From an uncultured virus (IMG/VR IMGVR_UViG_3300027708_000061) (lineage: Duplodnaviria; Heunggongvirae; Uroviricota; Caudoviricetes), in IMG/VR virus record IMGVR_UViG_3300027708_000061: a DNA stretch of 64,000 nucleotides, one strand, 5' to 3'. Shown here piece after piece: positions 10,083-18,045 of this stretch. The position numbers and the translations under genes were made by a program. The notes below the pieces were generated by a model that did no database searches, had not been told where the DNA came from, and worked only from the letters and a program-made list of their open reading frames with translations. The first letter of the stretch is position 1. Each line of letters starts with the position of its first letter.

Positions 10083-10964
10083 TTAACGTGCTGCATCAAA
10101 CTTGCTGTGTAACCCAGTAGTTTTTGGAACTCCAGGCTTAACGTCGGCAGAAAATGCAGCAGGAGTAGTGGCTGGAGCAGCAGCAGGTGCCTCTGTGGTT
10201 GGAGCAGCGGTTGCCTTTGGTTTACGACCTCTGGCTGGTTTTGCAACAGGTTCAGCAACAGGTGCCGCAGCAGGTGCAGCAGCAGTTCCACCAGTCATAG
10301 TGCCTAAGTCTAGAGTTCCTTTGCTTCCTGGAGAAAACGGAGATGAGCCAGCAGTTGGAGCAGCAACTGGTTTAGCACCTGCTTGTTGTTTTGCGTTAAG
10401 AAGGTCTAATCTTCTGGCATGGTCAGCAGCAGCCTTTTCCTCTGCTAACTTTGCCTGAAGGTTCATTCTTTCGGTTTGCAAACCGTGTGCGTGATTTAAA
10501 CGGTCATAAGGCTCTTGTTTAGCAGCCGCTTCTGCATCGGCAGCGGCTTGTCTATCGGTTGCTGCTCTTTCTGAAACAGCCTTGAAAAAAGGATGCTCCA
10601 TAACGTTGTTAATCTTGCCCAATGCTGCGGCTTGAAAGCGACCTAATGGCTTACCTTCTGAAGAACCTTCGCCAGTACCATTTGTAGCAGTGCTAACCCC
10701 TGGATGGTTTGGACCTGCTGCTGGAGCAGCGGTTGCTTTTGGTTTACGACCCCTAGTTGGTTTAGCCGCAGGTGCTGCTGCAGGTGCTGGACTACTGCCT
10801 GTGGCTGTACCAGATGCTTCTTTTTTACCTGGAGTTACTATCTTAGAAAGACCAACAGTTGCTTTAGCAATTACGCTTTTACCTGCTGCTCCTTTGGATT
10901 TATACTCTCCAGGTTTTAAAAACCGACCTGGTTCTGGACCTGCGTGTATTCCGCCTTCAGGCAT
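10083..10964 (-). CDS. Ala/Pro/Lys-rich low-complexity protein
   Basis: 293 aa; two AKPxRGRKPKATAAP repeats. Confidence 0.75.
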   Translation of the reverse strand: MPEGGIHAGPEPGRFLKPGEYKSKGAAGKSVIAKATVGLSKIVTPGKKEASGTATGSSPAPAAAPAAKPTRGRKPKATAAPAAGPNHPGVSTATNGTGEGSSEGKPLGRFQAAALGKINNVMEHPFFKAVSERAATDRQAAADAEAAAKQEPYDRLNHAHGLQTERMNLQAKLAEEKAAADHARRLDLLNAKQQAGAKPVAAPTAGSSPFSPGSKGTLDLGTMTGGTAAAPAAAPVAEPVAKPARGRKPKATAAPTTEAPAAAPATTPAAFSADVKPGVPKTTGLHSKFDAAR

Positions 10965-11308
10965 TACTTTACCTTTTCCTCTAGTACTTCAAATCGTTCA
11001 CTGCCTTCTTCAAGACGAGCATCTATTTGTGTAAGTTTCTTTTCAATTCGATTGATGGCGTCTTTCATGGAGGAACCTCCATTACGCTTTAATTCTCCGT
11101 CAATACGGTTTAATCGCTCCATAACACCTGGAACTGCTGAACGACCAGGAGCAGCGGGTTCTCCTGACCAATCTCTCATGAAAGCATCCCAGTTGTCCAT
11201 AACGACATGGAGCCTATCGCAAAGTGGCTTAAGGAGCCTCCATAGCATGCCCAATGCTGTACCGACAGTAATAACGCCAGCAGCCCAGTAAATAACGACT
11301 TGGTCCAT
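10964..11308 (-). CDS. membrane protein of lysis cassette (holin-like)
   Basis: N-terminal TM, NGGSSMKDA motif, coiled coil. Confidence 0.6.
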   Translation of the reverse strand: MDQVVIYWAAGVITVGTALGMLWRLLKPLCDRLHVVMDNWDAFMRDWSGEPAAPGRSAVPGVMERLNRIDGELKRNGGSSMKDAINRIEKKLTQIDARLEEGSERFEVLEEKVK

Positions 11309-11309
11309 G

Positions 11310-11522
11310 TTATCTGCCTACTCTGTTTCCGCCATCAAAGCATTCGCCAGTAGGTCGTCCACGACGAGCCCATGTACGAATGCTTGGTGCTTCATTTGAT
11401 TTGACTGGTTGATGCGTAACCCCTGAAACACGAAACTCACGTTGAAGGCTACTGCCTTGACGATTGTTTGGTGCTAGGGGTTGACGCTCAATCAATTTGT
11501 TACTTCTTGTCCAATACTGCAA
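11310..11522 (-). CDS. hypothetical protein (start uncertain)
   Basis: Fills gap between peptidase and membrane gene. Confidence 0.45.
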   Translation of the reverse strand: MQYWTRSNKLIERQPLAPNNRQGSSLQREFRVSGVTHQPVKSNEAPSIRTWARRGRPTGECFDGGNRVGR

Positions 11523-11940
11523 ACAAGTCGTTTAGTTTGCTCAAATCAGCAGAAACTAGGTCCTGAACTGTTCCGTATGTGACGTGGAGATGCGAGCCAG
11601 TACTTGCGGTACCGCTGGGCGTGTCCTTGCCGCCGCCTACTTCACCAATGACTGTTACGCCAGCAACAACCTTGTCGCCTACCTTAAGTGGGCTTGGCTT
11701 TGCTAGGTGTGCGTATAGAAGGAAGTGACCGTCATAGGTTGATTGGATAACGATGTTACCTAGAACATCTGTCCACTTTTCAACCATGATGGTTCCACCA
11801 GTGATTGCGTGGATTGGGCTATGTGATGGAACTGACCAGTCAACACCACGATGTGGGTGTGTACGGTAACTAGCCATGTTTTTGAACCCATCGCCACGCT
11901 TTGCTTTAGGGAATGGTTCTTTGTAAATTGCTTCTGACAC
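11500..11940 (-). CDS. M23 peptidase (endolysin)
   Basis: HRGVD, YAHL, STGSHLH motifs. Confidence 0.9.
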   Translation of the reverse strand: MSEAIYKEPFPKAKRGDGFKNMASYRTHPHRGVDWSVPSHSPIHAITGGTIMVEKWTDVLGNIVIQSTYDGHFLLYAHLAKPSPLKVGDKVVAGVTVIGEVGGGKDTPSGTASTGSHLHVTYGTVQDLVSADLSKLNDLFAVLDKK

Positions 11941-11966
11941 GGTAATCCTTTCGGGTGATTATTACT

Positions 11967-12002
11967 ATTGTCTCTTATTCATCTTTATTTCGCAGTGGAA
12001 AC
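11967..12002 (-). promoter_or_regulatory. putative late promoter GTTTCC-N24-GACAAT
   Basis: Same geometry upstream of endolysin; upstream element lies in the preceding ORF. Confidence 0.45.
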
Positions 12003-12139
12003 GTAGCCATCCAGATAACTAATGACACGATGATGCACCAGCCGACTACTGCCTTAGCAGAGCCTTCTAGCACAATCCATGCTACGAACATACCGAGTAA
12101 TGTCCAGATTTGTCCGATTAAATCGTTTAGGAACTTCAC
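11975..12139 (-). CDS. small two-TM membrane protein (54 aa, not in ORF track)
   Basis: MKFLNDLIGQIWTLLGMFVAWIVLEGSAKAVVGWCIIVSLVIWMATFPLRNKDE; GTGA overlap. Confidence 0.75.
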   Translation of the reverse strand: MKFLNDLIGQIWTLLGMFVAWIVLEGSAKAVVGWCIIVSLVIWMATFPLRNKDE

Positions 12140-12405
12140 TTTTCTTTCCTTCGGCTAGAGCCTGATGAACTTGATGCTGCACTTGCTGCACTACTAGCAG
12201 CCATAGTTGCAGCCTGTGTTGCTACTTGTGTAACAATAATTGCGGAGATAACTACCTTTTGTGCTTTTGCACGCACAGCAGGTGGTAAATCTGCACCAAT
12301 GTTACCTAAAGCGTTAAATGCGTCTGCTAATCCTTGAAATGCTGCCCCCAACAGTGGAATTCCTGCAACTGGATTATCGTTGTGAAACTCCTTTGGGGGT
12401 ATTAT
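12136..12405 (-). CDS. -1 frame C-terminal extension (89 codons) of the PA14 protein, with hydrophobic anchor
   Basis: Open in -1 frame from slippery site; VVISAIIVTQVA segment then basic tail. Confidence 0.7.
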   Translation of the reverse strand: MIPPKEFHNDNPVAGIPLLGAAFQGLADAFNALGNIGADLPPAVRAKAQKVVISAIIVTQVATQAATMAASSAASAASSSSGSSRRKEK

Positions 12406-12411
12406 TTTAAA
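12345..12411 (-). promoter_or_regulatory. programmed -1 frameshift signal
   Basis: In-frame U_UUA_AAA directly before UAA; 5-nt spacer; stem-loop CCCCCAA/UUGGGGG plus GGAGUUUC/GGAAUUCC. Confidence 0.75.
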
Positions 12412-13865
12412 TTGAGCACAAATTGCTGTCTAGGAATGTATGCACCATCAGCAAAATACTTTGGGTTATTCTTCTTTGGTTTACGCTTATCCGCAGCAGT
12501 AGGTTTTGGAATGTTGGCTAGGTCCACTTTTGCTTGAGCAACTTTGGCTTCTAGGTCGTCTACCTGCTGTGCCGCAGACTCAATGGCAGCAAAAGTGCTA
12601 CTGTATTCAGCCTTTAGGTCACGCAAGTTAGCATCAGCAACTACTTTGTCGTCACTTCTGTTTTGCCAGTTAGATTCAGCATTACTCATAACGGATTCTA
12701 GCGGAACCAAAATAGCGTGTTTATTTGCCAATGAAGTTCCAGCGTATCCATAAGCGACATTTGCTCCATCATAGACATCACAAGCATCTCCATAGACCAC
12801 ACCTGCCTGTTCTTCAGCGGCTACTGCCTGAACATAAAGAGCGGTCTTAGCGTTTAATACAGCAAGCAATGCTGGGTCTTTAATCATGGTGACTACTGCG
12901 TCCTGTGTAAAGAAGGATGCTGGGGCTACTGCGTAGAAACCTCCATTAAGAGGTTTGTAGTAAAGGCTAGAACAAGCACCGCCAGTCCATTCGTAGAACC
13001 AAGCGTCAATAGCGTATGACTTACCTCCAGTAAAGGAGAACAGTCCTGTGGAGTTTGCTCCACAACCTTTTAGCGACCAGTCATTGATTACCTGAGTTCC
13101 GTTGATAGACATGTAGAAACCGTCATCGGCAGGAGCCTGGAAGTAAACCTTAGTGGTTGTTGGGTATGTGATGTAACCCTTGTAGTGAAGCATGATGTAA
13201 TCAGAGCCACAACCTAGAATGTCACCGCCACCCCAGTTAAGGTCAATGTTGCTTACAGTAGTTGTCTTACACTTGGTGTAAACAGTATCTGACTTCTGTG
13301 GAGGATTGCCCTTGCTGTTTATACCTGTGTAGACATCTACCTTCAAACCTGCACTACTGCCCTGACCACCAGCGTTGATTAACTTGGTGTCATAGTCATT
13401 TTTAGCCTGATTCATAACTGCCTGAGCATTATCAGCGTTTTGCTGGGCTACTGCGTAAGAATCATAAGTAGAATCCACAACATCAGCAGCAGCATTTACT
13501 GCGGCTACTGCCTGAGCGACTACTGCTTCAGCAGCACGAACATCAGCAAACGCTGCATCGTAATCAGCCTTTTTACTATTGTAATCAGACACAGCAGCCT
13601 CTAAAGCATCTTTTGCTTCAGTAGCGGCAGTCTGGGCAGAGTTAATAAGGTCAGCCTGAGAGTTAGACGAGTTAGTCCAACTGTCTAGGTTAGCCTGTGC
13701 GTTGTTTAACTGATTCTGAAGGTCTTGTACCTTTGCCTGTGCTTCAGCAACCTTTTGGTTATAGTCAGTTGTGCTGTCAGCCATAGCAGGGCTGGACAAG
13801 CCAAATAGAAGAAATAGCGTTGTGAGGGGAACGAATAGTGCTGCGAATTTACGCAGACCCTTCAT
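12402..13865 (-). CDS. secreted coiled-coil protein with PA14 domain
   Basis: Signal peptide ending AMA; IDLNWGGG, ADDGFYMSING, WFYEWTGGA PA14 motifs. Confidence 0.8.
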   Translation of the reverse strand: MKGLRKFAALFVPLTTLFLLFGLSSPAMADSTTDYNQKVAEAQAKVQDLQNQLNNAQANLDSWTNSSNSQADLINSAQTAATEAKDALEAAVSDYNSKKADYDAAFADVRAAEAVVAQAVAAVNAAADVVDSTYDSYAVAQQNADNAQAVMNQAKNDYDTKLINAGGQGSSAGLKVDVYTGINSKGNPPQKSDTVYTKCKTTTVSNIDLNWGGGDILGCGSDYIMLHYKGYITYPTTTKVYFQAPADDGFYMSINGTQVINDWSLKGCGANSTGLFSFTGGKSYAIDAWFYEWTGGACSSLYYKPLNGGFYAVAPASFFTQDAVVTMIKDPALLAVLNAKTALYVQAVAAEEQAGVVYGDACDVYDGANVAYGYAGTSLANKHAILVPLESVMSNAESNWQNRSDDKVVADANLRDLKAEYSSTFAAIESAAQQVDDLEAKVAQAKVDLANIPKPTAADKRKPKKNNPKYFADGAYIPRQQFVLNLK

Positions 13866-14128
13866 TACTTCTTCGGCTCTTCTTCTTTGACGTTCTTCAA
13901 CTGAACAGACTGCTGGAACGCAGCATTGATTTCAGCATTAGTCAACTTGCCATCTTCTAGGAAGGCAATAGATAGGCGTTCAATTACCTTTGCAACAGCA
14001 AGAATACCGCCAACGAAGGCAGCAGTAGCAGGAGCGACGCCACCAAGGGAGCCAGCACCAATAACGCCAAGAGCGGACGCCACGAACGTCGCCAAAATTC
14101 TAAGAAGGACATTTCCAGTAAGTTTCAT
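13865..14128 (-). CDS. small membrane protein
   Basis: 87 aa, two hydrophobic segments, coupled to PA14 gene. Confidence 0.75.
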   Translation of the reverse strand: MKLTGNVLLRILATFVASALGVIGAGSLGGVAPATAAFVGGILAVAKVIERLSIAFLEDGKLTNAEINAAFQQSVQLKNVKEEEPKK

Positions 14129-14392
14129 TTCTTTTCCTCTAACTTGAATGGAGAGTACAAATTGGCGTACGAGTTAGAGCAGGAGTTGTTTGTGTAACTA
14201 GATTACCTTATGGAAATCTAAAAATCTCCATTAAGTTTTAGATTGTGCCGCTTTGCTGTACACACGGTGCCTAGTGACACTCATCTTGTGTTGGCTCTTC
14301 AGCAGGTTCCTTGGGCGACGTAAATGTAGATGCTGACTTTTTCTCATGTGGAATGGAGGAAAAACAGACAACTACCTTCTCCTTCTTAAGGA

Positions 14393-14425
14393 GGGTGGTG
14401 CTGGTCACCTCATCCAGCACCACCC
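14393..14425 (-). terminator. strong hairpin
   Basis: GGGTGGTGCTGG/CCAGCACCACCC 12-bp stem, intergenic. Confidence 0.6.
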
Positions 14426-14468
14426 GTTACCTTGTCGGGTTTGTTTCCAGCCACTGCACGTGGTTGGT

Positions 14469-14753
14469 CTAGTATGCCGCCGTACCGCCAACAGATTCGC
14501 CCGTTGGTACGTCGTCAATTCCTGCGTCCTTGGCTACTGCTTCGGACCCCGTTTCAGGCATGTTTTTGACAGCATCAAGATTTCCGCCAGTAGATGAGGC
14601 TACTGCGTTGTAGTCCCCTAAACCGCTAACGTAAGCAGGGTAGTTTCTCCACCAATAACCTGTGCCTGAATAACCAGGCTCCACAATGTCTCGGCTACTG
14701 CGTCGTTGGGCTGCTTCACGAAGTTGGAGACTGAGTAAGTCACTCGCCTGCAT
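14469..14753 (-). CDS. hypothetical protein
   Basis: Likely start MQASDLL. Confidence 0.55.
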   Translation of the reverse strand: MQASDLLSLQLREAAQRRSSRDIVEPGYSGTGYWWRNYPAYVSGLGDYNAVASSTGGNLDAVKNMPETGSEAVAKDAGIDDVPTGESVGGTAAY

Positions 14754-14847
14754 CTTCGTCTTCCTCTTCGTCATCGTCAAAAGTTATGTATGAGAATAGG
14801 GTTGGGTCTACTGGAGCGGCATCTTCTCCGCTAGGAATGCTTGGCAT
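14740..14847 (-). CDS. 35-aa acidic peptide
   Basis: MPSIPSGEDAAP...EEEDEDAGE; TAATG coupling. Confidence 0.45.
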   Translation of the reverse strand: MPSIPSGEDAAPVDPTLFSYITFDDDEEEDEDAGE

Positions 14848-14969
14848 TACTTTTCGCCTTCAAACTTTTCGTCTTGTGCGGAAGGACCGTCGTACTTGGT
14901 ATCTAGGGCAATTGACCCTGAACTAGATAGGGAGCCCTGGATTTGTTCACTGCAACATTCAATACACAT
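14847..14969 (-). CDS. 40-aa leaderless peptide
   Basis: MCIECCSEQ...; ATG 6 nt after -10 box. Confidence 0.55.
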   Translation of the reverse strand: MCIECCSEQIQGSLSSSGSIALDTKYDGPSAQDEKFEGEK

Positions 14970-14975
14970 ACCAAC

Positions 14976-15011
14976 AGTATGGCATAAAGAAGAAGCCCCA
15001 CCAGCCTAAAC
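14976..15011 (-). promoter_or_regulatory. putative late promoter GTTTAG-N24-CATACT (leaderless)
   Basis: TCAGTTTAG sits 37 nt from the ATG, exactly as at 25882; overlaps a terminator-like hairpin. Confidence 0.7.
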
Positions 15012-15026
15012 TGATGGGGCTACTGC

Positions 15027-15563
15027 CTATAGAGTCGGGATTACTCTCACAAACCTTATTTGACCATTTGCATAGTCAGTCAAAGGTTGAATGATAGTAG
15101 CGTGGGCTCCATAGTGTGCGTTAATTATTTTGCCATTGCCAATGTAAATAGCGGCATGATAGAAATTAGTAGAACCATTATAGGCAAACACTACAATGTC
15201 ACCCAGTTTAGGGGTAGAAACCCTTGTACCTAGATGTCCTTGTTTATTTGCCGAATGTGGTAGTTCAATACCGAATCGTTCATAAGTCCATCTAACTAGA
15301 CCTGAACAGTCCCATCCACGAGGACTGGCACCTGAAAACACATAAGAAGTTCTTCCTACACGAGTTTCTAGATACTTAATTACTTGTTTCATTCTTGCGG
15401 TGTTACGATGTGCCTTTGCAGTTTTTATTAACTCCTTATGCACTGGTTTTTGTTTTACTTCTGCTACTACTGAAACATTACTTGTTAATTTTGCTGTTGC
15501 CGTAGATGCAGAACAACCAGCAAGTGTTACAAGTATGCTGGCTATTATTACGTACTTTTTCAT
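15027..15563 (-). CDS. NlpC/P60 hydrolase, probable lipoprotein
   Basis: Lipobox LAGC; DCSGLV and HAAIYIGNG motifs. Confidence 0.9.
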   Translation of the reverse strand: MKKYVIIASILVTLAGCSASTATAKLTSNVSVVAEVKQKPVHKELIKTAKAHRNTARMKQVIKYLETRVGRTSYVFSGASPRGWDCSGLVRWTYERFGIELPHSANKQGHLGTRVSTPKLGDIVVFAYNGSTNFYHAAIYIGNGKIINAHYGAHATIIQPLTDYANGQIRFVRVIPTL

Positions 15564-15656
15564 TTAGCGACCTACCTTTCCTTGCGTTAGTACTTGGTCG
15601 TTTATTGTCGAAGTGACATTCTCTATTAAGTTATAGGTAAAACCCTAGCATAAAAC

Positions 15657-16010
15657 CTAGGGAACGTCTTTGCTTGAAGCAGTTAAGTAAGTTAACAAAT
15701 CTGGGTTGTCTTTGAACACCATTAGCAGAGTTTCTTCATACATTCCAATGAAATAGTGCTCTGTATCCTCAAAGTTTAACTTGGGAGCCATCTTACTTCC
15801 AGTAAAGAAAGTAAAACGAATAGCATGAAGAATCTCGTGCATCAGTACCTGCCGCTTACGGCTTTCAGAGGCTTCTTTGTCTAGAACAATCATGTTCATG
15901 CGTTCTAAGGTATAGCCATAACTGTCTTCATAGAGCATGCCATCTTCTTTAGAGGTATGTTCGACTACTGCCCATTCCTGGGTACCAATCATAATTTTTT
16001 TGGGGGTCAT
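15657..16010 (-). CDS. HExxH metallopeptidase-like protein
   Basis: VLMHEILHAI. Confidence 0.7.
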   Translation of the reverse strand: MTPKKIMIGTQEWAVVEHTSKEDGMLYEDSYGYTLERMNMIVLDKEASESRKRQVLMHEILHAIRFTFFTGSKMAPKLNFEDTEHYFIGMYEETLLMVFKDNPDLLTYLTASSKDVP

Positions 16011-16183
16011 TGGCTACTGCCTCCCCAACCGCCGCCTTTAAAAGTTACGGCTCCTACTTTAAACAATCTACGCATGTCTAAGTCGCATAAGCCACAATAA
16101 GGTGCCTTAACATCCTCATTAAGTTCTGTAGTGACAGTTTGAGTAACCCCACAGTTATCGCAGATGAAAGTAAATGCTGGCAT
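16007..16183 (-). CDS. FmdB-family zinc ribbon protein (58 aa, not in ORF track)
   Basis: MPAFTFICDNC...CGLC...VTFKGGGW. Confidence 0.8.
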   Translation of the reverse strand: MPAFTFICDNCGVTQTVTTELNEDVKAPYCGLCDLDMRRLFKVGAVTFKGGGWGGSSQ

Positions 16184-16205
16184 AGTTCTCCTTATTTTGT
16201 ACTTG

Positions 16206-16276
16206 CTGATTCTCTAGGAGTCGAACCTAGGCTAACGGTGTTGGAGACCGCTGTGCTGCCGTAACACTTAGAATCA
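16206..16276 (-). tRNA. trnW: tRNA-Trp (CCA)
   Basis: Acceptor TGATTCT/AGAATCA, anticodon arm GCGGT-CTCCAAC-ACCGT, T arm CTAGG-TTCGACT-CCTAG; 3' CCA not encoded. Confidence 0.92.
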
Positions 16277-16289
16277 TAACCATTACAGT

Positions 16290-16820
16290 TTACTTGATGT
16301 CGATGACTTTTGGTTTCTTTTCTTCAGGCAGTTCTTTCTTGAACTGGATAGTTAGCATACCGTTTTCAAGGTTAGCCTTGGTAACTTCCCAGTATTCGGC
16401 TACTGCCAGAGATAGTTTGAAGTCACGGGTTGCAATGCCTTGGTAGACGACTTCGCCACGCTGCTTGTCATTCTGACGACCTTCAATGGTCAAAACAGAG
16501 TCTTGGACAGTTACAGTGATTTCATCCTTGGTAAAGCCTGCTACTGCCACGTTTAGCAAGTTGACATCATCCTTTAGCGACACAATGTCGTATGGAGGAT
16601 AGGTTGGTTTGTTGTTAGTAATCTCCTTGAGTTGGTCAAGAAGTGGAGACCAGCCTATGGAGAGGCGGTCTAGGCGAGGGAATAAATCCGCAATAGTGAG
16701 TACCTTTGGCTTTTCTTGCTGCCACTTTTGGTAACTGTCTTTGTGGATGTCTGGACCCCATGGATAAGGGGGCTTATGTTTGTCCCACGGGTCGTGTGGG
16801 TTTGGTACATTAATGTGCAT
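16290..16820 (-). CDS. Hsp20 small heat-shock protein
   Basis: YPPYDI, AVAGF, YQGIATRDF, LENGMLTI, PEEKKPKVI (IbpA-like). Confidence 0.92.
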   Translation of the reverse strand: MHINVPNPHDPWDKHKPPYPWGPDIHKDSYQKWQQEKPKVLTIADLFPRLDRLSIGWSPLLDQLKEITNNKPTYPPYDIVSLKDDVNLLNVAVAGFTKDEITVTVQDSVLTIEGRQNDKQRGEVVYQGIATRDFKLSLAVAEYWEVTKANLENGMLTIQFKKELPEEKKPKVIDIK

Positions 16821-16911
16821 GTTGTCTCCTTAGACGACAACTGTGCCTTGGTACATTTACTGCCCGTAGCACAGTATTTATTTACGGCACCCAATTGGCG
16901 TGCCTGTATAG

Positions 16912-16940
16912 ATTTTAACAATGTCTATACATGTTGTCTA
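16912..16940 (-). promoter_or_regulatory. sigmaA-type promoter of hsp20
   Basis: TAGACA-17-TAAAAT with TGn extension. Confidence 0.65.
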
Positions 16941-16946
16941 TACAAA

Positions 16947-17504
16947 CTAAATCTGTTTAGTTTCAGTAATAAGGCTTAATAAGGTGCTTCTGGAGATGTA
17001 TCTAGGGTCTTCTTTGTCTAGATGCTCCAGAAGGGTCTCCGTAGGAACTATAAAAAACCTGAATGGCACAGACACTTCAAATTGACGAGTATTGGTAAAC
17101 ACATAGAAGTCATTTAGCCCATAACCACTCTCTACACAGATTTCATAGGCAGTGTGGTAATCGCCATCCTCTAGTAGGGCTTTAATTGTTGGACCAACGT
17201 TATTCATACCTTGGGCAGATGATGGGCATACCTCAAAACGGTCATGCGTATTCTTAGAGTCTACGGATGGGTCTAGATAGGCTTTTTGTTCGTACAAACG
17301 TTCGACATTATCTACATGGTCATTCTTTGTGGTTTTAGCCTTGTACAATTCGGCTAATTCACGAACAAGCCATTCAAAAGCAATGTAACTAGAACGACCA
17401 TTAGATAGGGTCTCTGGGAACCAGAAAGACCGCCCATCCTCTAGGTTGAGGGTAAAATCTTTGATTTTGGTTTCGTACATGACGAAAGGTTTGATAGTTG
17501 TCAT
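16947..17504 (-). CDS. hypothetical protein
   Basis: 185 aa, ATGA overlap. Confidence 0.7.
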   Translation of the reverse strand: MTTIKPFVMYETKIKDFTLNLEDGRSFWFPETLSNGRSSYIAFEWLVRELAELYKAKTTKNDHVDNVERLYEQKAYLDPSVDSKNTHDRFEVCPSSAQGMNNVGPTIKALLEDGDYHTAYEICVESGYGLNDFYVFTNTRQFEVSVPFRFFIVPTETLLEHLDKEDPRYISRSTLLSLITETKQI

Positions 17505-18010
17505 TCAAATAGGCTTTCTGGGTCGTTTAACGCCTCTGTAGGGACATAAAACCGCTTATTGCCGTTATCCCAGTATTCTTTCTTGCCACAGTCTTCAATG
17601 GGCAGCCAGCCCACGATACGGACCTCTTTGAAGTTCTCGTCGTCAACTACTTCAGTGAATACTGCATAGCCTTCTTTATTGACCTCGTATTCCCAGAAAG
17701 CAAACTCGCCACCAGTTCTACGGGTACGAACCTCAAGATTAGTGCCTACATCTGGCAGATAGCGACGACGACCGTGTTCGCTGTTTGGATAAGTAAAGCC
17801 ACCATTCCATGACAGGGCGTAGTACTTGGCTACTGCCCACTCGGAGATGTTTGCACGAACTGAATTAACAAGGTCATGCTCTAGGTACTTATTCTTACGA
17901 CCGATAGCGTAAGACTCTTTGTCTTCACTATCCATCTTCTGGAGCCATCTTTCAACGGCTAGATAAGTACAACGACGAATTTCGGCTTCAGTGAGCGTGA
18001 CTGTAATCAT
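17501..18010 (-). CDS. PD-(D/E)xK-like nuclease-fold protein
   Basis: E-helix, PDVG...LEVR; leaderless. Confidence 0.5.
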   Translation of the reverse strand: MITVTLTEAEIRRCTYLAVERWLQKMDSEDKESYAIGRKNKYLEHDLVNSVRANISEWAVAKYYALSWNGGFTYPNSEHGRRRYLPDVGTNLEVRTRRTGGEFAFWEYEVNKEGYAVFTEVVDDENFKEVRIVGWLPIEDCGKKEYWDNGNKRFYVPTEALNDPESLFE

Positions 18011-18016
18011 GCTCTA

Positions 18017-18045
18017 AGGCTACTGCTGAATTAGTCCTTTGGCAA
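18017..18045 (-). promoter_or_regulatory. sigmaA-type leaderless promoter
   Basis: TTGCCA-17-TAGCCT-6-ATG. Confidence 0.6.

Noticed and set aside
12136..12351. Independent 71-aa gene or pseudogene fragment
   Set aside because: TTG start buried in the stem with no RBS; frameshift explains it better, though an indel is not excluded
15564..15656. c-di-AMP riboswitch before NlpC/P60
   Set aside because: Leader too short and lacks recognisable ydaO features
16206..16276. Genetic-code reassignment
   Set aside because: tRNA is an ordinary Trp(CCA) and genes use all three stop codons
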